Shown piece after piece: positions 40,081 to 51,699 of a stretch of DNA of 64,000 nucleotides; the stretch's first letter is position 1; the number at the start of each line of letters is the position of its first letter. Both the position numbers and the translations under genes were made by a program. This DNA is from Leucoraja erinacea. Lineage: Eukaryota. The stretch lies in contig NC_073386.1 in the NCBI RefSeq assembly GCF_028641065.1, forward strand, positions 17,236,001-17,300,000, written 5' to 3'. A model generated the notes under the pieces. The model did not search any database. It was given only the letters and a program-made list of their open reading frames with translations, and was not told where the DNA came from.

Positions 40081-40293
40081 ATTAGGCATTTTGCGTGACA
40101 AGCTTTCCCTTCAAGGCTTGAAGAATATACATTATATTATCGTGAATGAGAAAACACTTGAATCCAGGGCCATGTATTGGAAACTCAAACTGAAAACTCC
40201 CAAGAATATCACTGTTTATCAGCAATCAGCGTTTCAACCTGATGTTTGGCGCATCCTGAGGGGGAACAAGGATGACTTCCTCATCTATGATAG
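40081..40293 (+). CDS. SELENOP2: Selenoprotein Pb coding exon 2
   Basis: LGILRDKLSLQGLKNIHYIIVNEKTLESRAMYWKLKLKTPKNITVYQQSAFQPDVWRILRGNKDDFLIYD(R); 213 nt; contains the SelP_N motif KDDFLIYDRCG. Confidence 0.95.
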
Positions 40294-41187
40294 GTTCGTA
40301 TTTTTAGTTGTAGCACTGAATCGAACATTGTTGTTAAGCAGGTTCATTGATCTCTTCAAATATTTGTGTATACTAGTTAAGTATTGGTAAGACCACTGGG
40401 AAAGTTGCAATACCTATGTTGTACTTTTGTATGATAAAGAAATTAAGAGCAATCTTTTGCTTTACCAATTGGGGAATGGCCCTTTGGTTCCTTGCCAAGT
40501 AACCATGTAGAGTCCAGTTTGCCATTATCACCAAACCAGATCTGCTGCTCCTTGACGTGCATGCAACCATCAGCAATAGTAAGACACAAAATGCTGGAGC
40601 AATTCAGCAGGTCAGGCCACATCCCTGGAGAACGTCGATGGGTGACATCTCGAGCCGTGCCCCTAGCCAAAACGACACATATCCTTGTTCTCCAGGGTTG
40701 CTGCCTGATCCACTGAGTCACTCCAGTACTAGGTGTCTTGTTATTGTAAACCAGCATCTACAGTTCCTTGTTTTATATAATCAACAAAACTAATCTTGCT
40801 TGATATGTTATATTTTTGTCCCTTTTTTTATTCGGGTGAGGCAGACGAGATTTGTAAATTATGTTGGCCAGGAAATAAGTTTAGAATTTTTTTGGTCTGG
40901 GTGGCACAAAATCAAGATGGCCCTTTTTGCCACCATGATACTAGCTATTATTTTACAAACTGAATGGTTGTTGAGGTCTCGTGTTTACCTTGTAAATCAG
41001 TTTCAACTCATAATGTTATCTGAATGGTTTCCTTTACAGATGCTGCCCAACGAGCTGAGTTCCATCAGCAGTTTGTTTTTTTACTCCAATTGTATTGTAA
41101 TTTAAATTTGGAAGTGGGATTGCTTGCTTTGTAATTTGCCTGGTTAATTCAATGTTTGTGAATTTTTCTTTTTTATCTTTCCCCTAG

Positions 41188-41320
41188 ATGTGGCAAATTG
41201 ACCTTTCATATCACATCTCCATACAGCTACCTTAACTTTCGCTATGTTGAAGCGGCAATCATGGCTACATATAACACAGATTACTGTGGGAACTGCATGG
41301 GCAGCAGTACCACTCTGGAG
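41188..41320 (+). CDS. SELENOP2: Selenoprotein Pb coding exon 3
   Basis: CGKLTFHITSPYSYLNFRYVEAAIMATYNTDYCGNCMGSSTTLE; ctag| acceptor, GAG|gtaatt donor. Confidence 0.93.
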
Positions 41321-41614
41321 GTAATTGTTAGCATTAATCATGTCTCGGAAAGATTGCACTGATGGCTGGTAAGGGGGGGGGGGGGGGGGTCACAATAGTT
41401 TAAAAAGTGTTTGTGGCATCTTTATTCCTGAAAATGTCATAGAACAATGCATCAGTAAATTAACTACTAGACTGATTTTTTTTTCAAAGGAGACTGAAGC
41501 CATCCTTTTCTTTTCTTGTAACCTCACCGTCATCTATAGAGTAAATTATATTCATTCTAATACCACAGGTTTGAAAAGCATGACTTTTGAAACTCAATTT
41601 TGTTATTGCAACAG

Positions 41615-41683
41615 GCGACCAGCTACATCTCAACTGGACCCAACTGGGAATATTCTCAACATCATTCCAGGAGCTTGAAATAA
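41615..41683 (+). CDS. SELENOP2: Selenoprotein Pb probable terminal coding exon
   Basis: acag|ATSYISTGPNWEYSQHHSRSLK-TAA, phase 0, upstream of the SECIS. No recognisable homology, so less certain. Gives a 205-aa protein. Confidence 0.6.
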   Translation, partial: ATSYISTGPNWEYSQHHSRSLK

Positions 41684-42373
41684 AGATATTTTAAGATTGG
41701 AGAATAATGGAAAAAGTTTCCTTCACAAATAAGAGCCAAATGTCAATATTGATCCCTATGCTGCAAGTAAGAATTCCTTTCTTTCGTTTTGGGACATATG
41801 ACAATAAAATACTCATATTGATGTAAGGATGCTAGTTTGACATTTGCTATCTTGAGGTAATATTGTTTTTATTTGAGGATGAATATATATAATATCACAT
41901 CTTTTTAATCCCATTCATTCTGATAATCTGCACATGACTGCAGTCTAATCTGGCATTAATGATGAGTATTGATAGTGAAATCATGATGAAAGTAAATTAC
42001 TACCCCAGTTAACTAACGGGGGAACTTTTGTGGCCCCTTTAATCCACCCCACTGCCCCCCCACCTCATTGATCCAAAGCATGTATCAATCCAGCTGTTCT
42101 TATGAATATAGGAAAACAAGTGATCTAGTCACCATGATCTCACCTGAATCCTGTGTTCTTTTGCATCTCCTACATGGAGATATATGTGGGGTACCAAGAA
42201 TAAGCTAAATTGGGACATTCCTTGTTATCCACAAAGATAGTAGAATGTTTATTGTGGGAAGGGAAGATGAGGAGGAATGTTGGATTATTACCTTCACAGA
42301 GATGCTCTATGTTAAATATTAATATTTTGATTTGGCTTTTGATGTATTATTCAGTAGAACCTATTTCTATGGT

Positions 42374-42446
42374 GTTCTTGTGCTCAATGATGTCTAAGGT
42401 TCAAGCTAGGTACTAGTAGCTATAGACTGACCACTGCACAGAAAAC
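42374..42446 (+). promoter_or_regulatory. Type-2 SECIS element
   Basis: ATGAT (42387-42391) / TGAC (42428-42431) GA quartet; upper stem GTCTAAGGTTC vs TAGCTATAGAC (9 of 11 pairs including GU); apical AA 42403-42404; ministem CTAG-gta-CTAG; lower stem TTCTTGTGC/GCACAGAA. Confidence 0.88.
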
Positions 42447-44464
42447 TTAAAGGAAAAGTTTTTAACTGATTTGTACAGATTGTCACCACCATTCCGATCA
42501 TAAGACGAGAAGATTTTTTTAAATGGGCATTAGGCCCCGAGTTTATTCTGCCATTGAGTAAGATCATGACTGATCCAACTTTCCTTGTCCGTCTTCTCTA
42601 CCACACCCTTGATTCTCCTCCTGATTAAAACAAGTTATCTATGTCAGCTTTGAATATATTCGATTCGGCCTCCATAGCATTCTGGGGCAAACAATTCCGA
42701 AGACACTCAAACCTTTGAGATAAAATCTCTTTCTGCATTTATTACTTCCTCCCTGATTCCCTGAAGTCTTAGATTATATCATGTAGCCAACAATTATCTA
42801 GCATTTACCTTGTCAACTTCTCTAAGACTCTTGTATGTTTCAATAAGAACATCTCTCATTCTTCTCGGCTTCAATGAATGCTGACCTTTCTTCCTAACAC
42901 ATCCCTCCATACACAGGATGTACTCGAAGAACATCCCTTTATGAAATTGACTCAATCAAGGGTTCAAAAGGGTATTTGGTATGTGCTTTGCGGAAAAATA
43001 ACTTGCAAAGCAAAGGAGAAAGAGTATGACAATGGGGTTCAGCAGTATTTTCAATAAGGAGCCAGGTGGGTTATGTAGCCTCTTCTTGTATCACAGTAGT
43101 TTTGGGAAATGGTACAGCATCCTTGTGATTTGCCCAAGATCAATTGAATGGAGTCAGATATTGAATTTACAGCATTAGTGCTTTGCCAACAATATTTCCC
43201 TCTAGTCCATTGCATCTGATGGAAGTAACTTGGTGTTTAACAAGGATTCCATCCGTTGCTACCAATGCTTCTGTTCTTCAACTTCATTTGGGGATTTTGT
43301 ATGCACATGAATATCTAGCAACTCAGGTAGTTTCCATCCTTTGGACATTTTTTTCATCCCAATTGTTACCTTGCTTTGATTTGCATAACTGAAACTCTTG
43401 GAAACTGGAAGGAAGTGCCCTTTTGGCCTAATGCATAAGGAATCCGACGTTAGTGTTTGATGTCACATCATCAGAAGATTGCAGGTTGGAGTCCTGTCAC
43501 GGTCATTAGTGGCAGCACAGTGGCACGGCTGGTAGAGCAGCAAACTCTCAGCACCAGTAACCCATATTTGATCCTGACCTCTGGTGCCGTCTGTGTGGAA
43601 TTTGCATGTTCTCCCTTGTGTGCTTCCTCCAGGTGTTCCCACATTCCAAAGACAGTCAATCCCAAATTATTGACTTCTTTAAATTGCCCCAAACGTAGGG
43701 AATGGATGAAAAAGTGGGGTAATATAGAAAAGTGTGAACAGGTGATCGATGATCGCGTGTGCTTGGTGGACCCATGGGCCTGTTTCCATGCTCTATCTCT
43801 AAACTACTCTCTTTCAATCTGCATGTTGTCAGGTGTGTGTGGTATTTGTGTTTACTTATTCGGTGCTGTTACTAATTTTAGTTTGTTTCATGTTTCCAAC
43901 ATCTGCATTTTTTTGCCTTTTTATTATGTAAAATTTATCTCAATGAAAAATGTAATTATCTTTTTAATAACCTAAACTGGTGATCAATAAATAGCTATTG
44001 AAATTGAATGTTGAGGGTTTTCTTTCAATTACAACATAAACAAGTGAAATGAAAAAAATATCCAAGTGATTCCAAGTGACATTTAAAAATGTACAAGCGC
44101 TGGTGTGGTTATAATTTTGAATGCAATGTTTCCAATTCTAATTGCTATCTCAGCCATTTTCTTCCACCCAGATTCCTGCAGAACTCTTCCAACCATCAAA
44201 TACTACATATGATTCTCCTTTGAAACATCAAATAATTGTAGAAACAATTTGTAATAGAAAAAAATCACGTGGTTAAAGTGCACATTGTCAGATTTTAATA
44301 AAGGCCATTTTTATACATTTTGGAAACCAGAGCACCCAGAGGAAGCCCACACAATCTCAGGGAGAATGTGCAAACTCCATAGACACCACCCCAAGGCAGG
44401 ATTGAACCTGGGTCTCGGGCGCTGTGAGGCATAAAGTCTCCCACCTGGGCCACTGCGTCACGCA

Positions 44465-46810
44465 CAGTTAGATCGCATGGGATACAGGGAGAGCTGTGAG
44501 CTGGATATGTAATTGGCTTGATGGTAGGAAACAAAGGATGATGATGGAACTTAGATTTTTGGACTGGAGGCCCATAACTATTTGCTCACTGGTCTGCGCT
44601 GGACACATTGTTGTTTGTCATTTATATTGGCAACTGAGATGAGAATGTGTTAGGCATAGTTAGTAAGTTTGGAGGTAACATAGTTAATAAATTAGCAGGT
44701 GACACTAAAATAGTGGTATTGTAAACAGAGAGGAAGGGTATCAAGAATTGCAGCAGGATGTGGATTAGTTAGGCAAATGTAGCAATGTTACAAAATTTTG
44801 AGATTTAAAAAATCAAGTCTGCAATTTATCCCATCAGATAAAGCATAACAATAAGTTTAATTTGACACCTAATTCACTTTCATATCTCAAGTAATAAAAA
44901 AGTTATGGCCATTTTCATACTCGGAAATTAGCATCTTGTTCCCTATTGATTTTCTATGGACATAACAAAAAAGCTGTGATCATGGACAGTCAAAAGCCCA
45001 TAACCTTCTTAAAAATTAAGAGAACTGAATGAAATTTTCAGTTATCATAGATTGAACCATTCTGAAACAAATATAAAATAATCTTACTTGGAGGACCTGA
45101 AATTAAAGCATATAATTAGTTAGTTACCCAATTGTAGCTAATTTCAAACTTCAATTACTAGATCTAAACATCTATCCATTTCTTAATAAATGATTAACAT
45201 TTTTAAATAGCCTAAGTGTCCAAATAATATTCACAAATAATTCACAATAAAACATGATTTTAAAATCTCATTTACATCAATTTATAGGTCAAATGGAAGG
45301 AATTTAGTGTTCAATTGCTGTAAATTAAAGTCTATTTTAAATCGGCTTTCTAGTGGGTTCCTGTGAACGCGCTGGTTTAGAACGTTCACATTGCGCTGGA
45401 TTTGTGCCCTCAAATACCCAGAAAAATACTGCGGGATATAAAGAGCCCAAAATGAACTATTCGCTATAGAAAACTTTATACACAGGGTTCTTAAGAAGCC
45501 CCTTTTAATGTAAAAATAAGGTACATACCTTTAATTGTTTGCTTTATAAAACCCTGGGGCTGCGAGAGGTTGCGGGTTTAGAGAGTGATTTTTAAACTAC
45601 TATAACTATTATACAAGGCCATAAAAACTAATAATACCTTTTGCGACGGGGTCTTTCAGCGATTTTCCGTTAATGATTTACTAGGCTGAACATTTTCGAT
45701 TGCAACAGCCTAGTAAAAATCGTGTTTTAAACCCGCCCCCTCTAAACAGCGCCAAAATCACACACACGGGGCTGGGACAGATTCTCAGACACAATTCAGG
45801 TAGGTTTTGTAACATACCTAGCAAATGGGCTGAGGAATGGCAAATGGAGTTCAATTAGGAGAAGTGTGAGATATTGCATTTTGGGAAGTCAAACTAAGAT
45901 AGGACTTTCGCAGTTTAAAGGTAGGCCCTTGGGGAATGTTATAGAACAGAGGGATGTAGGTGGTCGATACACAGTTTAGTAAGAAAACTTTTGACATGCT
46001 AGCCTTCATCAGGCACCGAGTATGACTGCCATGTAGTTGTAAATGTTGTGAGGCCACACTTGGAGTACTGTGTTCATTTTGGTCACCCTGCTATAGCAAA
46101 GATGTCATTAAGCTGGAAAGAGTGCAGAAGAGATTTATGAAGATGTTGCCAGTCCTCCTATTGTGGAAATAAGTTGTGCATGCTCTGACTTAATCTCCTC
46201 TGTTGCAGGGAAATAGAATCATGAGGGAATAGATAGGGTGATGATTGCACCCCTTTACCCAGAATAGGGGAATCAGGAACTAGAGTTGGGTTGAGTGGAG
46301 TGTTTCCATGCTGCATGACTAATTGAAATCTGGAAACCACACCTTGAATAAATGAGGATACAATTTAATGTGAAAGGTGCATGATTTTATGGGAACCTGA
46401 TGGGCAACTTTTTCACCCCAAGGGTGATGCATATGTAGAACAAGTTACTGAAGAAAATGTTGAGGCAAGTATGATAGCAACATTTCAAACTCATTTGAAC
46501 AGGTGGAGGGATAGGAAAGGTTTAGAGGGATATAGGCCAAACTCGGGTAAATTGTACTAACTTAGATATGTACCCAATGGAGCGAAGGAATATAGGGTAC
46601 ACATATTCTTCTGAAGAAGGGTCTCGACCTGAAACATCACCTATTCCTTCACTCCATAGATGCTGCCTCACCCGCTGAGTTTCTCCAGCATTTTTGTCTA
46701 CCTTCGATTTTTCCAGCATCTGCAGTTCCTCCTTAAACATAGATATGTACCCTGGTTGGCATAGGCAAGTTGGGTCGAAGGGTGTGTTTCCATGTTGTAT
46801 GACTCTTTAG
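44465..46810 (+). mobile_element. Old CR1-type LINE carrying nested insertions
   Basis: Degenerate RT motifs on both sides of the 44780-45820 insertion; CR1-like 3' end near 46800. Confidence 0.75.
44780..45820. mobile_element. Non-autonomous hAT-like DNA element
   Basis: Imperfect TIRs TAGCAATGTTACAAAA / TTTTGTAACATACCTA, flanked by direct repeat GCAAATG; no ORF. Confidence 0.75.
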
Positions 46811-47125
46811 AAACCACATCTTGAATACATGAGAAGATAAGAAATTACTGGTGAGTATTCAACACATGGAAATAGGGGAATCTTGAAATTGTTCAGAATT
46901 TCTTAGAATATTGCAACATGGTCCTTTAAACACTTCAGGACAAATTTGACATGGAGAACTTACATGGATACATAACATTTTACAAGGAGACAGGGATAGG
47001 AACTGAATAAACACTTACTTTCTGGGTGTCTGATTGTGAATCGGATAGTTTATTACATTCCTGAATGATGATTATAGCCTCATGTTTTCCCACGTTCAAA
47101 TCAAAATGTCTAGTTGAAATAGAAT

Positions 47126-47733
47126 CTAATGCTTCTGTTTTTCTGGTGAACCTAATGGTTCACTCTTTTTAGATAAAACAATGCAGGGTTGCTTTTCACC
47201 ATGCTCCATCTTACAGCTTAGAATTTTAGCAAAGGATTTAGCTGAAGTAGGGGAGGTGAAGATTTTCTTGAGAGATTTTGTCGAGTTTGCAAATGAAATG
47301 TGTTTGACTTTACCTTTGGGCGTACTATGTACGTACCTGACTGCACCTGAAGCAACATTGACTGCTGATTTTAGGATAGACCGATTTCTATTTGGGGGAC
47401 TGCTAAAGGCATTTGCTTTATGATCAAATGCAACTGTGGTCCTTGGTGTCTTCTTGTACCTCGGTGCTAATGCATTCTGAGTCATCCAAATGTTTATTTT
47501 GTTGCATTCTTCATTATCTGAGGAACATGATCCAATTTTAATGGATAAATCGTTGTTATTCTTAATCCAGTGTAATAATGGATGATACACTGTTGTGCAA
47601 TGTTTCATGACACTTATCCATTCTGCTATCTCTTTTTTCCGATTTCTATTCTTCCTCAAGTGTAACAGGCAACAGGTAATGGTTGTTAATATCATGCATG
47701 CTCCAAAAATAACAAAAAAGGGTAAAACCCAAT
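47126..47733 (-). CDS. TEX38: TEX38-like protein (THEG4 family), main coding exon
   Basis: WVLPFFVIFGACMILTTITCCLLHLRKNRNRKKEIAEWISVMKHCTTVYHPLLHWIKN aligns without gaps to recalled human TEX38 [58 protein letters not shown]; acceptor ttttcag|AT, phase 1; AATAAA on the minus strand at 47054-47049. Confidence 0.85.
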
Positions 47734-49157
47734 CTGAAAATAAAGCAGAAGGAGATCAAATAAAATATTGCCTTTTTCGCCTCCAATACTGAATGCAAAT
47801 GGTTTCAATATGTCTGGATTACTGCCTTAATTCTCTTCCAACCTTTCTATTTTGCATTCCTGAATTTCTAGCTACAAACATAATTAGAATTGGTGTTGCC
47901 TATAATAAGGCAATATAAAGGGGTATAAGGTGGAGTATTTTATTAAAGAAGTCTATAACTTCAAATAGTCACCAGGGATAAGTGCCAGAAACTGATCAGT
48001 AGAGAGTCATGGCAGAAACATACAAAAATGCTATAGTCATAGAGTTGCCCAGTACAAAACAAACCATTCTGCTTAATTCTGACTTCCATGCACTCATGTG
48101 CACCAATCTCACTGTTTCCCTCCCATCCACATTTAACACCCTCTTTAATCTCCTGCCACCCAACTATAATCAGAGCAGTTTACAGTGGCCATTTAAATAC
48201 CAACCAACATCTCTTTGTAATGTGGGTGGGCACATAGCCATAAGGAGAATGGGGGAATTCTGCAGAGACAGCATAGTCCTACCTTCTTATCTCTAAAATG
48301 GTGGAGATTGTGAATCTAGATGGCTGAAGCTGTGAGGATGAGTGATCACACTACCCTCTCTTTTTTTTTTTTACAGGGCCTCAAACCTTTGAGGCTGGAG
48401 AGCCATTTTCACCTAGTCACAGATAATTCTAGTCCAAAATAGTTCTAGTTCAAAATAGGTGCTAAAACATAAAATGATAGAAATGATCAGCATATCTGGC
48501 AGTATTTATGGACCGAGATTAGTTAGCGTTTCAGACTACCAGCCTTTCATCACAGGTTGGTCCACTGCATGTTTTCAGTATGCAGAAATTACAGGGGCTA
48601 ATTATACCCACAAGCATATCTTTATTGGACAAGGGGCTGGGGAGTGGGAGTGCTGGGTTGAGGTGAGTTTTGGCAGTAATTAAAGATCTCGCCCTGACAT
48701 TATGTACGGCTGAAGAATTTGGGCTATATTTTTTTCTTAGTTCGGGCATTCTTTAACATACCATAATTACTGATTGCCTCAACTAGCCTCCTTTCATTGC
48801 TGATGTATTAAACTATGCTGACACATTTGCCCAATATTAGCCAAGCACCAGTCCCAATTCACAACTTCCAACTGCCCTTCCACTCTGGGATCTTCCCTTT
48901 GACACAATTGCTTCACAATATCCACCATTTAGTGATAGAAAGGTAGGATCAATCCTACTGCAATAAAGCCTATGATATCTGAGGTGTTTCATGATGCATG
49001 GAATATCCATGATGCATAGTTCAGGAGTTCCTATAATATTTAAAGAGAGGACGTTTCTGCTCCTCTGATCCTGGATATCAGTAGAGCATCCTATAAGAGC
49101 ATCCGCAGAGACGGTATCAGATATGGTGGTGAAGTGCAGTTGGTGTCAATAATTTAC

Positions 49158-49161
49158 TCAT
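49158..49161 (-). CDS. TEX38: TEX38-like start: ATG+A at the end of an 87-nt mostly untranslated exon (49244-49158)
   Basis: Exon bounded by ttttttccag| and |gtaaat ends in accATGA; splicing to 47733 gives ATG AAT TGG (MNWVLPFF...), 203 aa in total. A further UTR donor (|gtaagt) lies at 49848. Confidence 0.65.
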
Positions 49162-50754
49162 GGTACAATGTATGCTAGGGTGATGTCACAAAGAACAGTG
49201 TATGGCCGATCAATTGAAGGCGCAAAGGATGATTCCTCGGACAGCTGGAAAAAAAAAAGGACTGTCACTTTTGTTAAGATACATTTAACGTGATTGGAAA
49301 AGTAATCAAAGTGACACTAGGGAGGTCCTCCATTCAGTTAGGATCTAGAATCCAACGTCACAGGTTGAAGCGCAGTAAGATTCAATTCAAATGTCCAAGG
49401 GGGAGTAGGAAATGTATTGAACATAGAAAGAATCGGACTGGGACTAACTGAATGCTCTTACATGGAACTGATGGAGTTCGATGGATTGAATGTGCTGTGT
49501 AATGACGTTTCAGTAATCGCGGGAGTGGGGTGTGAGATTGCAACCTTCACGTGGTCCGCCCTGTTTCGACGAATGCAATCAACCTCGTGTGCACAATCAA
49601 ATAATATTAAATAGAACAAGTTGTCCTACAATTTTAGGCTGTACACGCCTTACACAATAAGAAGAATCATGGGAGTGTCTGCAAACAAAATAAAAAGTGA
49701 GGCTGCATTTTAGTTTATTTAAACTGTAGGAGTAAACCTTGATATTATGAGCCTATATGACAATGGATTTACGTTGGGACATCGCGTAACAAAGCACAAG
49801 TTCTTTCTTTAAAATGTGGTTTAAATCCTTATGATATTGCATACTTACTGTTTGGTATTATCATATGAATTGGGGGAATAATTTCAGAGCCCTCAGCCTT
49901 AAAGACTCAGTCCTGGCCCAGTGCCCCTTTAGTATGGAATGTAATTTCTATGACGCTGATCTCTGTGACATGGTCGCACTCGAAGTAAGAACATGCTTCG
50001 TTTCCACGGGCTCGGGAGTCTGGACCTCGAGTCCATTCCCCAGCTCCATCAGCACCAATGTAAAAATAAACCCATCAAATCCGTACCAGATCCATGTAAG
50101 AGCAATCCAGTTGGTCTCAGTCCTTCCCATGCCTTTGCAAAATATTTCCATTTTAGATATCTGTCCTAATTCCCTTTTGAACATCGGAATCGGAACATGC
50201 ACTGATACACTGACAATGAATTGCAGACAAAGACACAAAATGTTGGCGTAACTGGCGGATCGGGAAGCATCTCTGGATAGAAGGAAAGGGTGACGTTTCG
50301 GGTCGAGATCCTTCAGATTTTTTTTGTCTATCCTCGGTGTAAAGCAGCATCTGCAGTTCCCTTCCACACAAATTCAGAATTCTAGATCATCACCGCCCAA
50401 TGCAGGCGTTGCTGGCACCCTGACAGAAGGAAGAGTAACAATGGTACGTGACTGAGGAAGAGGTTAACAAGCAGGGAAGTGTCTAAGATGTGCAGGGAAG
50501 AACTGCAGATGGCTGCTGGTTTACATCGAAAGGTAACAGACGCAAAATGCTGGAGTAACTCAGCGGGACAGGCAGCATCAAATATCATAGAGCGCTCTGT
50601 GATCTTTGGGCAGCATCTCTGGGGAGAAGGAATAGGTGAAGAAGGGTCTCGACCCGAAACGTCACCCATTCCCTCTCTCCAGAGATGCTGCCTGTCCCGC
50701 CCGCTGAGTTACTCCAGCATGTTGTGTGTGTTGTCTATAATGCACCAGCAACAA

Positions 50755-50975
50755 TGGACTGTGACGACTTGGCGTCTCTGACGTTGCAGCCGCCGTCCGT
50801 CACCCCGAAGGTCGATGCTCATTGGTCGGATTCGAGCTGAAGTGTGATTGGTCGCTGCTCGTCCAATCCCCGGTTCGCAAAGGGCGTTGCCCGGATCTGA
50901 TTGGGTTCCCCTGCTGCCGGCAGCCGACGCTGATTGGCGGAGGGTTACCCGGGCCGCATGGCGGCGCAGAGCTGG
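50755..50975. promoter_or_regulatory. CpG/CCAAT-rich promoter and probable first exon of DPH2, possibly bidirectional with TEX38
   Basis: Five CCAAT/ATTGG boxes (50821, 50847, 50863, 50900, 50933), TGACG half-sites, YY1-like CATGGCGGC at 50957, donor TGG|GTGAGT at 50975/50976. Confidence 0.7.
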
Positions 50976-50984
50976 GTGAGTGAG

Positions 50985-51430
50985 TGATTGAGTGGGATGG
51001 TTGGTTGAGTGAGTGAGGGGGTAGAGGGAGTAAATGAGGGGGTAGAGGGAGTAAATGAGGGGGTAGAGGGAGTAAATGAGGGAGGGAAGGAAGGAAGGAA
51101 AGAAAGAAAGAAGGAAGGAAGGAAAGAAAGAAAGACAAAACAAAACGAAGGGAGTGTGTGATAGAGGGGGTGAGTGAGTGAGGAGTGGTAGGGATGGATG
51201 GATGGAGAGAGGGGGTGAGGGAGGAAGTGTGTGTGGAGGGGGTGAGTGTGGGAGGAGAAAGGGAATGTGTGGGAGGAGGAAGGAAGGGAGGGGTGAGTAA
51301 GGGAACGAGTGAGGAAGATGAGTGAGGAAGAAGTGGGTGAGGGAAGGGGATGAGGGTAGAGGTAGGGAAGGAGGGTGATGGGGTGGATGAGGGGGGTGGT
51401 GGTAGTGAGTGTGCGGCTGCCGGGGTGTGA
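50985..51430. repeat. Purine-rich low-complexity tract including 3x 21-bp GAGGGGGTAGAGGGAGTAAAT and (GGAA/GAAA)n
   Basis: Directly visible; explains the long Pro/Ser/Leu/His ORFs on the minus strand. Confidence 0.9.
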
Positions 51431-51699
51431 GAGATGTGTGGGGACGGCTGGTGGGGCGTACCCGGTAAATCAAAGGCACCAAGGACTCCGCTGGAGCCAA
51501 ACACAAAGTGCTGGAGGATCTCAGCGGGAGAGGCAGCGCTTGCAGAGGGGAAATAGGCGGACAATATTACTTGTCGGGACCTTTCTTCAGACTATTGATT
51601 TCTCTAATTTCAAGTAACCCTTGCATTCCCTCTCTCACTGTCCCCCCACCCCACCCTAGCCGTCCTGTTAGTTTCACTGTCCATATCCCTTCGTTATCC

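Noticed and set aside
41930-42160. Other ATGA...AA...GA SECIS-like strings (41934, 42102, 42134)
   Set aside because: The upper stems do not base-pair; only the 42387 candidate folds.
43457-43975. 172-aa ORF
   Set aside because: Mostly translation of a SINE copy.
49158-50152. Minus-strand frame across two upstream TEX38 exons containing only TGA stops (five), suggesting a multi-Sec protein
   Set aside because: No SECIS seen downstream on that strand and no selenoprotein motif; the Kozak ATG at 49161 already gives a TEX38-length protein, so these exons are best read as 5' UTR.
50709-51564. 265-aa and 254-aa minus-strand ORFs
   Set aside because: Artefacts of a low-complexity purine/pyrimidine tract.
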